DNA of 62,904 nt, filler included, from Choristocarpus tenellus KU-1152 (taxonomy: Eukaryota; Protista; Phaeophyceae), in NCBI GenBank assembly GCA_964200185.2. It is 11 parts of 11 records of this genome, joined end to end, with 100 filler letters (N's around TTAATTAATTAA, not from the genome) between each part and the next. Parts side by side here need not be neighbours in the genome. Positions count along the whole stretch, not along the records: positions 25,099 to 28,656 come from CAXNAD020019281.1; positions 28,757 to 45,996 come from CAXNAD020000698.1; 9 more parts are not named here. The stretch is one strand, 5' to 3'. The notes under the pieces were generated by a model that was not told the origin of the DNA, did no database searches, and was given only the letters and a program-made list of their open reading frames with translations. Below, in pieces: positions 25,170 to 39,599 of this stretch. Within the stretch, counting starts at the first letter, position 1; each line of letters starts with the position of its first letter. The position numbers and the translations under genes were made by a program.

Positions 25170-28100
25170 ACGGTTATCCCACGTTTGTACACAGGGTGAT
25201 GTAGGAGGTATGGTTTTCATTCCCCTACCCCCCTGATTATAATAGTGTGCCCTTCTTTATCTGCATATTTTTGTTATGTTCTCGCCCAGTCCATTTTTCT
25301 TTCAACTATCGCAGCTTGCTCGGAGGTTGTCTTATTCTCGCCCTCGTCGTCCTCTACCCCTGGTTTTCAGCCCTCTTATTGGATACTGATCTTTTCTTCA
25401 CCATCTCTCTTCCTACCACTCATTTCCTTTAACCTTTCTCCCCCCTCTCTTAGCCAGTCATTCCTTAACTATTCGTTCTCTTGTTGCTTCCTTCTTTTTC
25501 TTTCCTCTGCCCTCCGTTGTCCTGTGCTCCCAGTCAACCAGAGTTCTTCCGCCCACAAAACTCAGGTTACTTCATAAACTTTCAGTTATGCGAGACGATG
25601 TATTGTATCATTTTTTATTTTTTTTTGGAAAATAGTACTTCGATTTTACAGGTTTTGTACTAGGTTCGTTGTATTTGTATCATGGACATCATGTGGATAT
25701 CAATATTATTTCCTCAACGAGAACATCTGGAAAATGTTTGTGGACAAAGAATAAAAACATCCTTGTAGTAAAATACATCTAAATATATATTTTCCTCGTA
25801 TGTATAAACACCAAACGAAATTGGCGTGGGTATCTGTCTGTTGTCTCTACAGGATGGCTACCCTACTACCCAGACACTCCTGGCTGCTGGGTGTCTTGGG
25901 AGACGGGTAGGAAGGTAGGCAGGTAGCCATGAAGAATAGAGTCAGTAATAGAAACTTCTGACGATGACCTGCTGCATGCCTTTGTGGTTTGGGAGCCTTC
26001 AACGCCACAACTTTTCTCATACAAATCCGTAGGGACAGAAGGTGTCGTTGTTTTACTATTCCCTACATCAATTTCGTTTGTTCAAACCCCTTCGACACCA
26101 GACCGTTTTCATGGATAAATTCTTCGTGAAAATAACGGTATGAGCATACACTACCACTACTGTTGCTAGTAATATTAATATTGCCACAACTCAGGTACAA
26201 AGGAAGTGAGGTGGCATGATGGCAGTTACGGGTATCCACCGCTTCGCGTCAAGCGATAGCCAAGTATTCTTTTTTGTCCACCTACGGGCGGTCATCAACA
26301 ACACCAAAAACACATAGCGCTCAGCAATGATAAAGATAGCATTGAATACCATGACGAACAAGTAATCCCATCTTGCGAGAAGTCAATAGCTCCTTCTAGC
26401 AAAGAAAGACGGCACTCTCTCGTACTGAATGAAGACTATCTGCTTGGAGGTCTTCAACTCTGTCTACGTACAGTAATGGTCACCAATGTTGGTCATTTGG
26501 TAAAATACATGGCTGTAAGCATTACTTTGAGTGTCAGGGTGGGACTCTCCCACCCTGTCCATCTCGTCATCACATGACATAAATCTACAACCATTATCAT
26601 TGCCCCTAGCACTGAACCTTCCTCCTAGTGCGGTTGTCTCACACATGGAAACGATCAAGTGATCTCCCAGTGATGCAACAAGGGAGAAAGTTCCCTGAAA
26701 GCGACAGGTAGGTAGAGTGGTGAACTGCTCTTACTCTTGATCACAACAGAGAGAGGTTGTATAAGCTCTTACCCTCACCCCTTTCCTACGTCTGCGAGTT
26801 AAGCAGTGAACTCTGACCACAGGCCTTCATCAGTGATTGACCTGTACCCTTTCCTGATCCTGTACTTCAAAATGATATGGATGACGTGTTATGGACCTGG
26901 GCGCTACATAATACCCACCAAGCTACAAATGAAGTCTATTCCTTCAGTTAGAGGAACGTTCGACTGATCTATCCCAATCTGAAAATATTGTCAGAACATA
27001 CTACTACGAAGAACAAATACAATGCGCACTCCTTTCGTGAGCACTCTGGTGGAGAATATCGTGCTGACTAACCCAAACAAAATGATTGCTGGTGAAACAA
27101 GGCCTAATTACTTCACACTAAATGAGGCTACTTCCTTGACACGTTACCTTCTAAATCTCTAACCAACAATAGAAGTTAACGCTTACAAGACACAACATGA
27201 ATACTACTTCAATACCAGGGCAGCCTGGCATGGTGCTATCACCTCCACGGTCCTAACCCAAGCAATCGCAGGACGTCCACTCATCTAGTAAATGCTCAAG
27301 GCCAGAAGGGCACCTGTGCTCCCCACCGCCATCCATTTCGAGGAGAATCATTGCAAATCGCTTGCAGGACTCTTCTCTGGTAGTATTTGGCAGTAAGGTA
27401 AACAGTGGGAAGCCCTATCTAGTGCAGCTAAACACTCCAGCACATTCTACCCCGCCACCTCTTACCTTTCCCCCCCTTGTCTTTTTGTCACCTTTCTACA
27501 GACCTTCGAGACTGGCACATGCTTTATGTTAACAAGGGTCTCACATATAATCACACCCTGACACTCCTCCTACTCTATGCATCCTCTAGCATCCGCTCGT
27601 GACTTTCCAGCCCCCTATAGTTGTGGGACTGTTGTATCCCATATTGATTTAGCTCCCTTTCTCGTATTCCCCTCCTTCCATAAACCTTTCCATAGGTAAT
27701 GGGTACGAGTAGATGGACACTGACTCGCTCGTCCAGCCCCCGCCAAGACATAGCTAACCAAACCCGTACCATAGAGAGCATTGTTCTACGGACACACAAG
27801 AAGGTTACAAGTGCTTGGGGCCTTTGAAAATAATCTAAGGCTCAAGGGCATCAAACCGTGATAAACACAAATCAAGACATACTTTCTGCAAGGCGTCCAG
27901 AAGAAGAAAAAATCGCTTATGCTAAGTAGTCTTTGGAAGGAAAGAAAAGCCTAAATACTGAAGGAGAGAGATGTTCAAGTATTCCGCACTGGACCCGCGG
28001 TTAGGATGATTAATCATGTGCCTTGGTAGACTACAATAAGTAGCTTGGTGTGAATATGTCATGTTAGTGTTACAAGGGGCTTGTGGTCTCAATTCCACTG

Positions 28101-28598
28101 ACTGAACTTGTGGGACAGGTGTAAACTACCATGCGGGATTTGCAACGTCCACATAGATGATCAGAAAATAATACTATCAACGTATCACATGTACGTTGGG
28201 TAGAGCTCAACTGAAATATATGGAAACACAGATCTGGCTCTACCTTTCCTAATCTACTCCACTGGCGGTGTCTATAGTGTATCAGCAGCACTATCCATGA
28301 ACAAAAAAACGTACGAAGAATCCTCAACCCCTAGTGATCAAGGCTCCAGCTATTCCTACAACCACTGCCAATGCCACTCTCCCAAGTGGACCTTACACCT
28401 TGCTCAGAAACAGAAGTATGAAGACCTACGCCCACGTAAGTTCATCAACAGTGTAGAGAAAAAAAAGCAGTTGATCGGGTCCCAATCAACCCATGCTGTA
28501 GCTGTTGGAAATAATGAAAATCTAGAAAGTCTAAACAAAATCAAACCAAGAGAGGGAAATGTATTTTGACTACACAAGGAACAAGAACGATACATAGT

Positions 28599-28656
28599 GG
28601 CTCAAATTATCTGGGGGGGGGGGGGCGGCTGTCCATTTGGGGTCAATTTTTTCATG
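28599..28656 (+). mobile_element. MITE family A left end at a contig end
   Basis: ggctcaaattatctggggg...ggctgtccatttggggtcaattttttcatg. Confidence 0.8.
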
Positions 28657-28756
28657 NNNNNNNNNNNNNNNNNNNNNNNNNNNNNNNNNNNNNNNNNNNN
28701 TTAATTAATTAANNNNNNNNNNNNNNNNNNNNNNNNNNNNNNNNNNNNNNNNNNNN

Positions 28757-28812
28757 ATGAAAAAAATGACCCCAAATGGACAGCCGCCACCCCCTCCCAG
28801 ATAATTTGAGCC
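28757..28812 (-). mobile_element. MITE family A left end (reverse) at a contig start
   Basis: Reverse complement of the 28599-28656 sequence. Confidence 0.8.
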
Positions 28813-31699
28813 ACAACTGCTCTCAAGTTAGGAGCATGTGAGACTGTTGTATCTATTGTGTGTGTGATCTATACTGCCACAAGGCTGTCAGAGGAGAGGA
28901 ATATGCGTCATACGCTTTAGCAGGGAGCATAATGAAATAAAATCCAATTTCACAGCTAGTTGTGAAGTGAGCCTACTTTGACGGTCATTGGTTGCTATTT
29001 TACTATAACTAGAGCCAGCAAGGTCACAGGTTCAATCTCCTAGTGATCCGCATACATGCAATCAGGTGTGTGTTACAACAGCAGAAAGCTCTTGTCTCTG
29101 GCCAGGTATTGAAAGTTCAGAGCCAGATTACCCAATTTTGTTTATCTTCTACTCTCACTGTAAGGTATGCTTGATCAAGTTCTTAGTTGCCCCCACCCTC
29201 CTCTCATACACACAGTCAAGGTATATTTTGGTGTGAGTGAATAGGATCATAATCAGACAAGGATTAGCTGCCCGTTACATATTTTCTCATTTCCAGTGTC
29301 TTCATTGATGTTCTCAATCGACATGTGAACACATGAAAATGTATCAGTAAAAGGTGGAATCATTTTGTCCTGTAGGGCCATTACAACAGCACTTCTCAGG
29401 TATATTCCAGAGCACTAAAATGGTCTCTTGTTGACTGGTAAACAGGTTACATTGAAGTCATTGTTAGCCAGCACAGCACAACTAGCTCTCTACTGTACTC
29501 TCCTCTTAGAAGTGAAGTGTCTAGTCTGCATATGCCCAACCCTCCAAGATTTTGTACAACTTCTGACCAGTAGTGGCATAAATTAGGCACTGATGCCCAA
29601 TAAGAATCCTTCGCAGGAACTGTTTGTGAATGAGTGAAGCATGTGGTACAACTAATGTGGAAGAATGAATATGCCGAAATTGCCATGGAACCAAACCCCA
29701 CACCTACAACCAGTAGCCATGACTCCACTGCTCAATCTGCAAGAATGTTTGGTAGTAAGTTTCTATGCTCTGAAAAAGCATGTACTTGCAGCCATCAAGG
29801 AATTCGTGTATCCATACACCTCTCCCTCACCTTGCATGTTTCTCCAGCTCTCCAACCTTTCCTAGCCCCAATAGAGAAGTATATTGCCAACCTTGTGAAA
29901 CTCTCTTGCCTACAGCAGTCACGACTCCTGCTGCTAACAGTCCAACCCATAGAAGATTCTTGTATTGAGTAACAATATGAGCAAGATTGGTGGAGCAGAG
30001 GTTTCTGGGCGGAATCATCCTATCTGCTCAATGTCACATGGAGGAAGTTCCATTGTGTGTATGTTGCTTTCAATATTGTGCTTCCAGTGCATTGGTTTTG
30101 TCATGACTCTTTTTTGCCTCTTTGATGCACACATATTCATTGTTTGAGTGGAGATGTTGGCATATCTTTCTATTCTTAATCTTGAAATTGAAAGTGGTAA
30201 ATAGAAACAGCTCTTCAGATGGAGGCATATTCTTCATAGACTTGTCTCCAGTGAGCATACTTCAAAATGACACAAACCCAGGATGAGACCAGATAGAAGC
30301 TTACCCCCGCCTGTGTGGGGATGGTAGAGAAGTCAAGTTCCTTTTTGCAGACAAAAGCAGCAAAAGACCTCTGGAATAACTAGACCATTCACCTTCATGA
30401 AGAAATGTCATTGCTACCAAGCCATTATCTGCCCTGCCTGTACATTCCTTGTACCTTTTTCTTGTATTTTCCCACCTCATCAGTATGCCATGGATACCCT
30501 CCTTGAACTAGAAGTCTTGGGAATTAACCCTTCTTTTTATATTGCTGCTGAGCCTTGCAGGGCCAGACGCAGGTGGGGAGGACGGGGGTGGTATATGAAG
30601 ATTGTCCACGAGTGTTACGCAGCAGTTAACAATGTCAATATCTGCCAATTAGAGCTTCAAGCCTTACCACTTCTCCTTCTGGTCATTCTCGTTGCTTCCT
30701 TTGCTCGATAATCTGCACAACATCAATTTAGATGTTGCCAAAACACGCTCTAAATTAGGGCATGCATTTCACTCACTAACACACACACACACACATATAT
30801 ATAGTGCACAGCACTGCCATTTTTTCTGCAAACTCTAGCCTGGTTACACTCTAGTCTTGTTCCAGCAGTCTGCTCTTGTAATCTCCTCCTCGACAGTAAA
30901 TTTGCTAAGGGTTCTTGGGACTAATCCTCCCATTATATCCCAACCCGGTGTCGTTATACAAGTGCTGGTATATCGGCTGATATTTCTCCAAGGGGATAAG
31001 TACATACTTGTACCTGGAGAGAAAGAAGAGAGAAGGTGAGATAGCGAGTAACAGTCCACACTAAATGGTTGTTTCTTTGAGGTGCTCGCTTGCCTGTCGC
31101 GATCAGATCAATCCGAACAGACCAGCACTTGATCCCGAAGCATTAGTTGCGAATGCACAATTTCGTGGTTAGCATGACTTCTAAAGATTGGTGTCCTTCC
31201 ATCTTGTGCTGTTCGCGTAGTAAACGATCCACTCCGAGTTCAGGCTAACACGATACAAACCAATGGTGGGTTATGCTATCCCAGATTCCTTTGATGTATC
31301 GGGAGATGTGTTTTAAGGAAATGCTAGTGCATGCAGTGATAAATTTGAAACCAATGACAAAAATTCCAGATCTATCGATGAGACAAATGTGGGCGTACTG
31401 GACTAGTCATCTCAAGAATTGGAAGTGATCAAAACACCGGCACAGTCAGAAGGGGAAGTGAGGAGGTTGAAAGTTGAGCAGTCGTATGAATCAGGCGGAT
31501 CGGAGCAGCGCTGACGAAGGTGTGGAGTTCTTCGTGTGCGTCACCTGGCGATGTCCACAAATCGAGGTGTCCACCCCTTCGTAGGTCCTGTATATTTGGA
31601 TAGGACATCTTCTATACCCTATATTCCATACACAAGAGATTGGATGGAAGTTTCGTCGTATTGTCGTATCATACGACTCTTGTTGTGTTGGATATGACA

Positions 31700-32450
31700 T
31701 TCCTCACCCTCTCCCCCGACTCCTCTCCAATCAGAGTGTTTTTGGATTGGGAAGAGCCTGGACATCTATCACGACACATTAATATCTTTGTGCCTGCGAT
31801 ACATCTGTGTCTGAAATGTACCTTGTTCATGCACTGCTCTTAAGGCACTGTTTTCAGCCCACTTCAAACACCACAATAGGGTCCCCTATTTCACCCAAAT
31901 TTGCTTTGAATAAACTACTATACTGTAAGTTGTAGGCATCATCTGCCTGGTCGAAAATCTCCCTAATCTCGCCCCTACCTCCATAGTTGCATCCGTTCTC
32001 TACAGGCATTGCAACTTTGTCGACCAGATCTTCTTCTTCACTGCAGCACGTATCTTCCCCCACCACTGGTGATCTGCCAGGTGAAAAGCATCGTGTCTGT
32101 TGAAAATTGGAACTCGATGAGTAGCAAGCAGGCTTGCATATCCAGGTCTGCGAGACCGTCCGAGAAATCCTCCCTCACAGCAGGAGCACTCAGGATCAAA
32201 CTGGCTCTGCTTCGATCTGGACGCGCATGTAGGTCGAAGTACTTTTCGCTTGTGGGGAGAGTGGGGAATATTGGTGACTCGGTTCTTGAGCAGGTTTGAG
32301 CTTGTGCGCTTTTACTTATCGAAGCGGTGCGAGATATTGACAAAAGAATACGACAAGATGGTTTTCCAAACCATATAGATCGATTGGTAGGGAACTTTAA
32401 GAGTATTGAGAAAGATGAGCGCACCCAAGGAATATTGAAATGAAACCAAG
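31700..32450 (+). mobile_element. Possible degenerate hAT-like transposase remnant
   Basis: Broken peptides AWTSITTH*YLC and VTRFLSRFELVRFYLSKR resemble hAT D.WTS and TRF/W.S motifs; weak. Confidence 0.25.
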
Positions 32451-34908
32451 CTGGAAACAGGTAGAGTGTACTGCAACCCTGATTGCTGCAGCATTTAATG
32501 TGCTGTAGAAATAGGTGCTTGAATGTTTCCATTGGCAGACATAGATGAAGCAGAAGTAACAGAAACAAGCTTCGAAACAGTCAGAAAATAAAATATCAGC
32601 GTATGTCACCACGAAAAACGTCGGTGAACAGAACACAGACCACCCCCCTCCCACTCCCCCTACCTACTTTATTCCCTCTTGTGTTTCTAGAGCCCATCCC
32701 CTGTCCTCCATCAGATCCAGTCAAGGTTCCTTTGGCATTTTGAGTGAGTTGGGAGCATTCTGGAACTCTGGAGATATGTAGACTGAGGAATGAGTGCTTA
32801 TGTGAGGAAGAGCTTTCTAGATGCTTATGTTGTACTCCAGAGAACTTCATTAACAAGGCAAAAACTGCATTTAGCGCATAGGGAGCTAGGCGATACTACA
32901 AGGTGAGGGAGGGGGAAAGGGGCACTTGGAAAGTTAATTATTTCGATATGTGATGCTCCCTCTCAGAGCAGAGTCGTAATACACAACGATATTTTAGCAG
33001 ATTGCTTGGTGGAGTCACGGATAAGGAGGTTAGGAGTAGATCTTGCTACTCTGTTTGTGTGATGTTTTTCTCATTAGCTTTACCTCGCATTGCAAATCAC
33101 CATGGCAAGGATATCGGCACGGGTCTCTTGTATCAAAGGGTTTTTTTTTATCACACCCCCAGATCGTAATTTTGTGGGCTTACAGTTGCCTTGGAAGCAA
33201 GATAATAGATGGGGCAGTTGAGTGCACATGTCAACAAACATTTCATCATTAATAAGGATATGAAAAATATAGATGCCAGATGTATATTTTGGGAGGCAGA
33301 TATATGCCATTCATCGGTTCATTTTTTTTCTTGAATTTATCTTCAGTTTGTCACGATATAATCCATTCTGCTCATGTGACAATTGCTGGTACAGGCATAA
33401 TAGAGGCGTGACGGTTTCATGTAGTCAGTAGAGTGGACGGTAGCGGTGTGCTGTATTGTATATAGCATGTGCATCAGATGATAGTAATGTCTCTTATGTC
33501 TCGGCATTACATGTGGCTGGGTGTATGTCACATCATATAGGGGAATGTCCTCCTACAAGGATATAATAACTTAGGGATTGTCAAAATATGCACCCTAATG
33601 GTAGTGAAGCAACATGCTTCATACCATGTGGGTTTCAACAACCCTTAGGAGTTAAAAGATCTTCAGGTAGAGGAGGCATAACTGGCTGGAGCCATGATAT
33701 GTGAGACAGCAGTCAAAGTGATGGCCCTAGGGAGTTCCTTCCAGACATTGCTGAAACAGCTTACCCGCAAGATTATCTGGACTGGTTCACCACAACACGA
33801 TCTCTTCTGATGGTGAAGAAATTTGTATGCAGCTACAGAGGAGAGGGAATAATCTCTTTGTGTAGGTGATGAGTAGTGTGTGAAGCCCAAAGGGGTGAGA
33901 AAATATTACATCTTCAGAGCCAAGATAGGTGCATGGCATCCTCCTGAGGAGTGTAGTGAGGAATGCAGTATTGCCATCAGGTGATCGGAAGCAATTGCAG
34001 GTGCATTTTTCTATTCACTTAGATTAAGAGGTAATGTGGCAACAATGAATTGTCCTCACTGTTCCTATGCCACTGGTGTCAGATCACTAGGTGACCTTCA
34101 CTGGCTTGGCTGACTGGGTTAGTCAGCTCAAAATGTTGGGGCAGGTGATGTACTAGATCAAACTATTCCCTTACAATGTGTGGTTGCCTGAGTGACTACT
34201 GGTTCAATTAGAAGTATTTTCATGAACTTATGGAAAGGAAGGAAGTACAAGGACAGTCACCAAAGACGGAAGAAATCAGAAGAGTCCGTGTGACCCTGTG
34301 TCCCCATCGACTAGGTGTCTACAACTTGAAACGCATGACGTTTCTGCGGAGTTGGAGAGTGGCAACAATTATGATCGGCTGCATCCACCCAATTACTCGT
34401 GATTATCTGAGAAAACTGCATATTTTTGACTGGTAAGACAGTTATCCTGCACGCCATTCTCCCACATACAAACCCTCAAAAGTTCCTGTATTGTGCATGA
34501 TGATGTGTGCATATACATTTTAAATGGTAACCTCCAAAATGTTAGCCTCTGGCAGGGTCCGTCTTGTCAATATTTGACATACCACTCTTTCGCCAGGGCA
34601 GGCAATGGTGTGATTATCCACAGCTGGAGGATAAAGGTAGAGTGATAGAGGAGTCCAGAGGCAGGCTCAACAAAGATTGAGACAAGACTCAGAGGGTCAA
34701 TTTCCTGATGTCTACGCCCCTTGCAGGTCATGTTTCATGTGTGATGACCCAGATGATTAATCACATTCACTGGAAAGTGAGAGCTTAACCAATTCTAATT
34801 GTCTGTTGTAAGAGTTACAAGTGTTCTCAGGTCGCAACTCCTTCCTGATGAAGACTTCTATTGTCTAAATTTTGGTATTTTCCCTGGTCCAACACACAAT
34901 ACACACAT

Positions 34909-35092
34909 GGCTCAAAGTATCTGGGGGGTGGGTGGTGGCTGTCCATTTGGGTTCAATTTTTTTCATGTCGCACTTTTTGTGTGATGTGGTTGCATACGTC
35001 AGATGGATGATGTAAGTGCACTTTTCCTGGTCATGGTCCAAATGGACACCCTGGTTTAGGCCCAGTCCCTCCTCCCCTAGATACGTTTGGTC
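34909..35092 (+). mobile_element. MITE family A, full-length (184 bp), TSD ACAT
   Basis: acat|ggctcaaagtatctgggggg ... cccctagatacgtttggtc|acat. Confidence 0.85.
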
Positions 35093-35859
35093 ACATCTGC
35101 AAAATTTCCGAGTGCATTGGAATATGCACTAGTGCCTAATAATTGCCTAGGTTTGATTGTCAACCAGTTGTATAGTGTTGGTCTAGTCAGCGGTACAGTA
35201 TGACTAAGGGGAAATTGTTGACTGTAATGAATATATTCTTTTAGTGTTTGGAGATATATTCACAGCACCAACCCTAATCCACCGAGACTCTGTTTCAAAT
35301 CCAGTCCAGCCTCCGACCCCTACCCAACACTGGAGGTGGTTTATATCCCCCTATTGTTCGCTTCTTCCTCCAAGAAATTGAAACCGTTACAGATATGTTA
35401 TTTGTGACATAGTTTTGGTTTTCCCCTGACATGTTTTGAAAATGTCAGAGGGCATAATCACATAAAATATAGGTGTATCAAAAATATATATTCATCTCTG
35501 ACACCCCTCAGCCCACCCCCACCCATGGTACAACTACAATAGTCTTATATACTATCATATTGGGAAGAACAGAGATGTAGTGGAAAATATTGAATAAAAA
35601 GCTGGGACTCTGACACAGTAGTAGTCATTACTTTGCAGTCACCAACCTTGGAAAGACCATCACATCACAGATTTTATACTCCATATTTTCGAGATCGATG
35701 CATTTTGTATTTCCACAACTGTTAGTTACAGTCCCTGTGATTTTGTTTGGGTTTTCCGTCATGCATGTGCAAAATGTTGGTGGGCAAAATAATATATAGA
35801 GGTTCACACTCTGGCAGCTCACAATACCAGGATTACAAGAAGGGCACAATACGAGTTCA

Positions 35860-36953
35860 CCCACCTCCTATACATGATCCGCTTCAGCTCTTCCAGACAC
35901 AACTGGCCGCCTTACCTGATGAAGAGGAGAAAGTTCCTTGCTAGCCCTGGCACACCACCGAAGCTAATGTGGACAAGGGTCAAATGCATGGGCCTCAACA
36001 CAACCCCTGGATCCAGCATGCCAGACCCCCCCGTCGAGTTCAAACTCACTGCCAGCAGATCCGTAGGGAGAGAGTTCTTGTCAAACAGGTGCGCGGCGAC
36101 TGGTTGCAGGAGACAGAATGTAGACACCAGACATGCCTGCACTGTCCTTGGGCCAGGAGGACAGGTTCGCCAACACACACTGATGGTGAAACGTCTGGGG
36201 CAACTATGCTAAGGAATGGGTATCCCTTGCACTATGGAGGACGGCAGTCCTTTTACTCTAGACAGAAATTTCTGGATAGATCTGGTCTTCCATGCCGGTG
36301 CACTTGCGGACGCCAGATCAGCTCCCTATATAGACCAATGCCTCCTCCTGGACGTTACATTTGCGGAAGTGCAGGCAGCATCTCACCTTCCACACTCATC
36401 CACCAGCAATGGAGTAGCTGCTGTTGCACCTGAGGAGTGAAAGCACACCCACTACAAGGGCTCTTTGGATCCTCATACTTATAACCTCAACACCTTAGCG
36501 GTGGGAAATTTTGAGTGCCTCAGTAAGCAAGCAGAAGGTTTCCTGGATGAGCTGGCTACACGCAAGGTAGGGGGAAGAGGAACTGGAGGCTACAGCAGGA
36601 GAGGGGCTGTCAAATCCCACCTACAACAAATGGTCTCTGTTACAACGCAGGTGGTGCTGTCTAGATGGGCCATGCGTTTGAAGCTGAAGACACCAAGGAG
36701 ATGGGCAAGGAGGGGCTTGTTAGATTCTTGGGATGCTTCCCGAGCTCCTCACCCTGGGGTGTGCAGGAATAAGCAAGGTTGGAGGCACAGGAGGACAGTG
36801 GTACAGCATAGTTGATAGTAAGAGATTAATGTTTTTCACATTTCTGACAACTGTTACTTTTTTAGGGATTTTGTGACATGTGAATAGTTTTTATTGGTTT
36901 TCCCCGTGACACATCTCCAAAATGTCAGAGGGCAAATAATAAAATAATATATA
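35860..36953 (+). mobile_element. 5'-truncated non-LTR retrotransposon with restriction-like endonuclease (CRE/NeSL/R2-type), degenerate
   Basis: Zn-knuckle-like CAATGC...DTRHAC...RQH, then IDL...LLDVT...EE*KHTHY...LAVGNFECLSKQAEGFLDELA (PD-(D/E)xK RLE layout). 3' UTR ends in a stem-loop and AAT-rich tail; in-frame stops. Confidence 0.75.
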
Positions 36954-37321
36954 TGTACACACACCACAAGACATGTATCAGTGAAGGTTCAGGCATCGCA
37001 TCTATTCATAACAGAGTACCGAAGTACTGAAGTTTGCTCTATACAACTGACCAAATCTAGAAACATACCTTCTATCTACAACAATAGTATACCTTCAATT
37101 TTTTACAAAAAAAATATTGAGCAATCAAATCCACTACAAGTCTAGTACTGTTCGATCTCAAAAGGTTTTGACACCTCAAACGAACCATGCAAAGATTCAA
37201 ATGATGAGATGACATTCCCTTACCTCCTTTCTTCGATGAGATCCACCTTCCACCTTACAAAGACAGAGGTGGATTTTGAATAATATTTCCAATTTATCCA
37301 CTACCACTCGTCCGTAATTAT

Positions 37322-38310
37322 ATGGAACAGGCGTTGATAGATACGTATGAGGTCGAAGGTGTATCTCCAACTACCACCACTATTGACAAGAGATGTCTCC
37401 AACTCAATGAGGATGTCTTAAAGCACCTCATCCACCTCAGGTCTTCTAGTGAATTTCTGTTCGCTGCCAGGGTATCTTGAAACTAGGGAAAAAATTGGGT
37501 GGGCAATCACTCCACGACAATTACCACGAGCTATATAATCCAGTCCGTTTCCCGACTGGCTTGGGCTAGGGATCATGGTTGTCGGTGGAATGAGAATACC
37601 TGTGCCCAAGCGGTCAAGTATGATGACCTGGCACACCTGATGTATGCAAGGGGTAGAGAATTTTTGTGGGATGCTCAGACCTGTTCCAATGCATTCCTTG
37701 GTGTGGGCCTGGGCCAATGGTTGTCCGTGGGATACCAGGACCTGTTCCTTTGCTGCAAGAGGAGGCCACCTAGATGTGCTGAAGTGGGCTAGAGCCAATG
37801 GCTGTCCATGGGGCATAAGGAACTTACGGCCCTGCTGCCCGTGGCAAACACCAGAATGCCTTGAAATGGAGAAAGGCGAATGATTGCTTTTGGGATGGAA
37901 TGACCTACTCCTTTGCCACGTCAAAGGAATCATCTGAATAACTTGAGGTGAGGCAAGGCCAACAGGTGCCCCTGGGTTGGTAGAACTTGAAGTGGAGAGA
38001 ACTTCTTCAGTGCTGTGGAAGGGGGTCGCCTAGACACCCTGAAGTGGCTCAGCGCAAATGGCTGTCCATGGGATGCTCGGTTGCCGCCTTGAAGGGACAT
38101 CTGGAAGTGCTGATCTGGGCAAGGAGAAACGGTTGCCCGTGTGATATGCGGGGACCTGTCAACAAGCTGCTGTTGGGGGCCACCTACACATCTTGAATTG
38201 GACCAGGGCCCTTGGGGCGAGTCGACCTATTCCCCTGCCGGTTGACACAGGTTTCAAAGACATCCTGCAGTGGGCGAGAGCCAATGGTTGCCCTTGTGGT
38301 GAATTGACCG
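37322..38310 (+). pseudogene. Intronless ankyrin-like repeat pseudogene (WARxNGCPWD type)
   Basis: MEQALID...LNEDVLKHL..EFLFAARVS*...SVSRLAWARDHGCRWNENTC, then WAWANGCPWDTRTCSFAARGGHLDVLKWARANGCPW, GHLEVLIWARRNGCPCD and ILQWARANGCPC in shifting frames with stops. Confidence 0.8.
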
Positions 38311-39599
38311 TATCTCCCATCATGACACGTCGATATCCGCATATCTCTTCCTGGGTTATGATCAATAACTCTTTCTAAAGCATGTGCCACAGTGCGTGTG
38401 TTCTGATGCTTCTCCGGGCATCTACCCGGGGCGACCTACCTATTTCCTCGCTAAGGTGAGGTCATATCCTGGGGATTTTGACCCTAGATTGGCTGTAAAA
38501 TTCTTATCCTGCTTCAGGCAGACAGATTGTCCCTTTTTGGTGGATTGCTTTACATTCTGAGTTCCCTCTTGGTTGAATATGTATTGAGACCAGTCACCAG
38601 TGGCAGGTGCTTGTGTCTCTGGACACCTGGCATATGAATAGTGCGCTGAAGATCGGGTGTTGGTGTCACTTGGTGCAGAAGCATTTGTTACAGATACCAT
38701 TTCAAGTCCGCCATGGTTGCTCCAGTTTAGTCCTTTTGCTATCGATCGAATTTTTACCAGTCACAAGGTTACCAAGTTTTGGTTTCGAGACTCGACTGAA
38801 ATAAACTATGTGTATGCTTGTCTTGTCCATAAAGAGGTGTGGTATGAAAAATATAACGTGTGACTCAGGGAAAGGGGGGATGTTGATGAATGGGTGGTTT
38901 TACAAAGAGTTACTGAAGAGGGTTTTATTTGTTGCATTGTCAAAGTGTGAAGGTGGGCACAATATCGGGGCTTTGCCACCAATTTTGTTTTGCTTGGTAC
39001 TCGTTTCGGGAGGGTAGTATTTTAGAAGTATGTGGCTGGGCATGTAGTCCATAAAATCACCAGCATGTCTGTGAAGATCCCAACCTATAGTAGTAATGAA
39101 ATATTTATTGTGTCAGGCTTTCTTTTTGCACCCACTTGGTAGAGGCATATAGAGAGAAACGTGCTTGCTACTGAAAATCTTGTGAGTTTTTGCTCTTCAG
39201 TTCTGTTGTTGACCCAGTTGGAAACATGTCTGTTTGTAAATGAATGAGATGCTTTGGTTCTACAACTTTGAACACAATCATTATTGTTGATGACATATCA
39301 AAAAAGTAACTCTTTTCGTTCCACAAGTGATTCTTAATCTTGGCTAGAGCGCAGGGGGGTGAATCGGTATATTTTCTGCTCCAGTAATCCTTTTCTATGG
39401 AAGAATATTGAATGGCGTCAATTTCCCAGCAACATCCTGAGTACTTCAATCTCATGGTGACCGACTTTTAAATCTTAACACACACCCCTTACATAGCACC
39501 AACAAAGTCGTTTGACAGACTGTACCTCCTACACCCAGTGTGGCCAAGTATCAATTTCTGATTTGTTTTCTCTCCAAGATCAATAATTTGCAAACACTA

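Noticed and set aside
26900-27450. DIRS/tyrosine-recombinase remnant
   Set aside because: Only a vague H..R-like fragment; the catalytic motifs could not be assembled.
28599-28812. One element with perfect long TIRs spanning the gap
   Set aside because: These are two family-A left ends on separate contigs; the flanks (tagt/acaa) give no TSD and linker adjacency is artificial.
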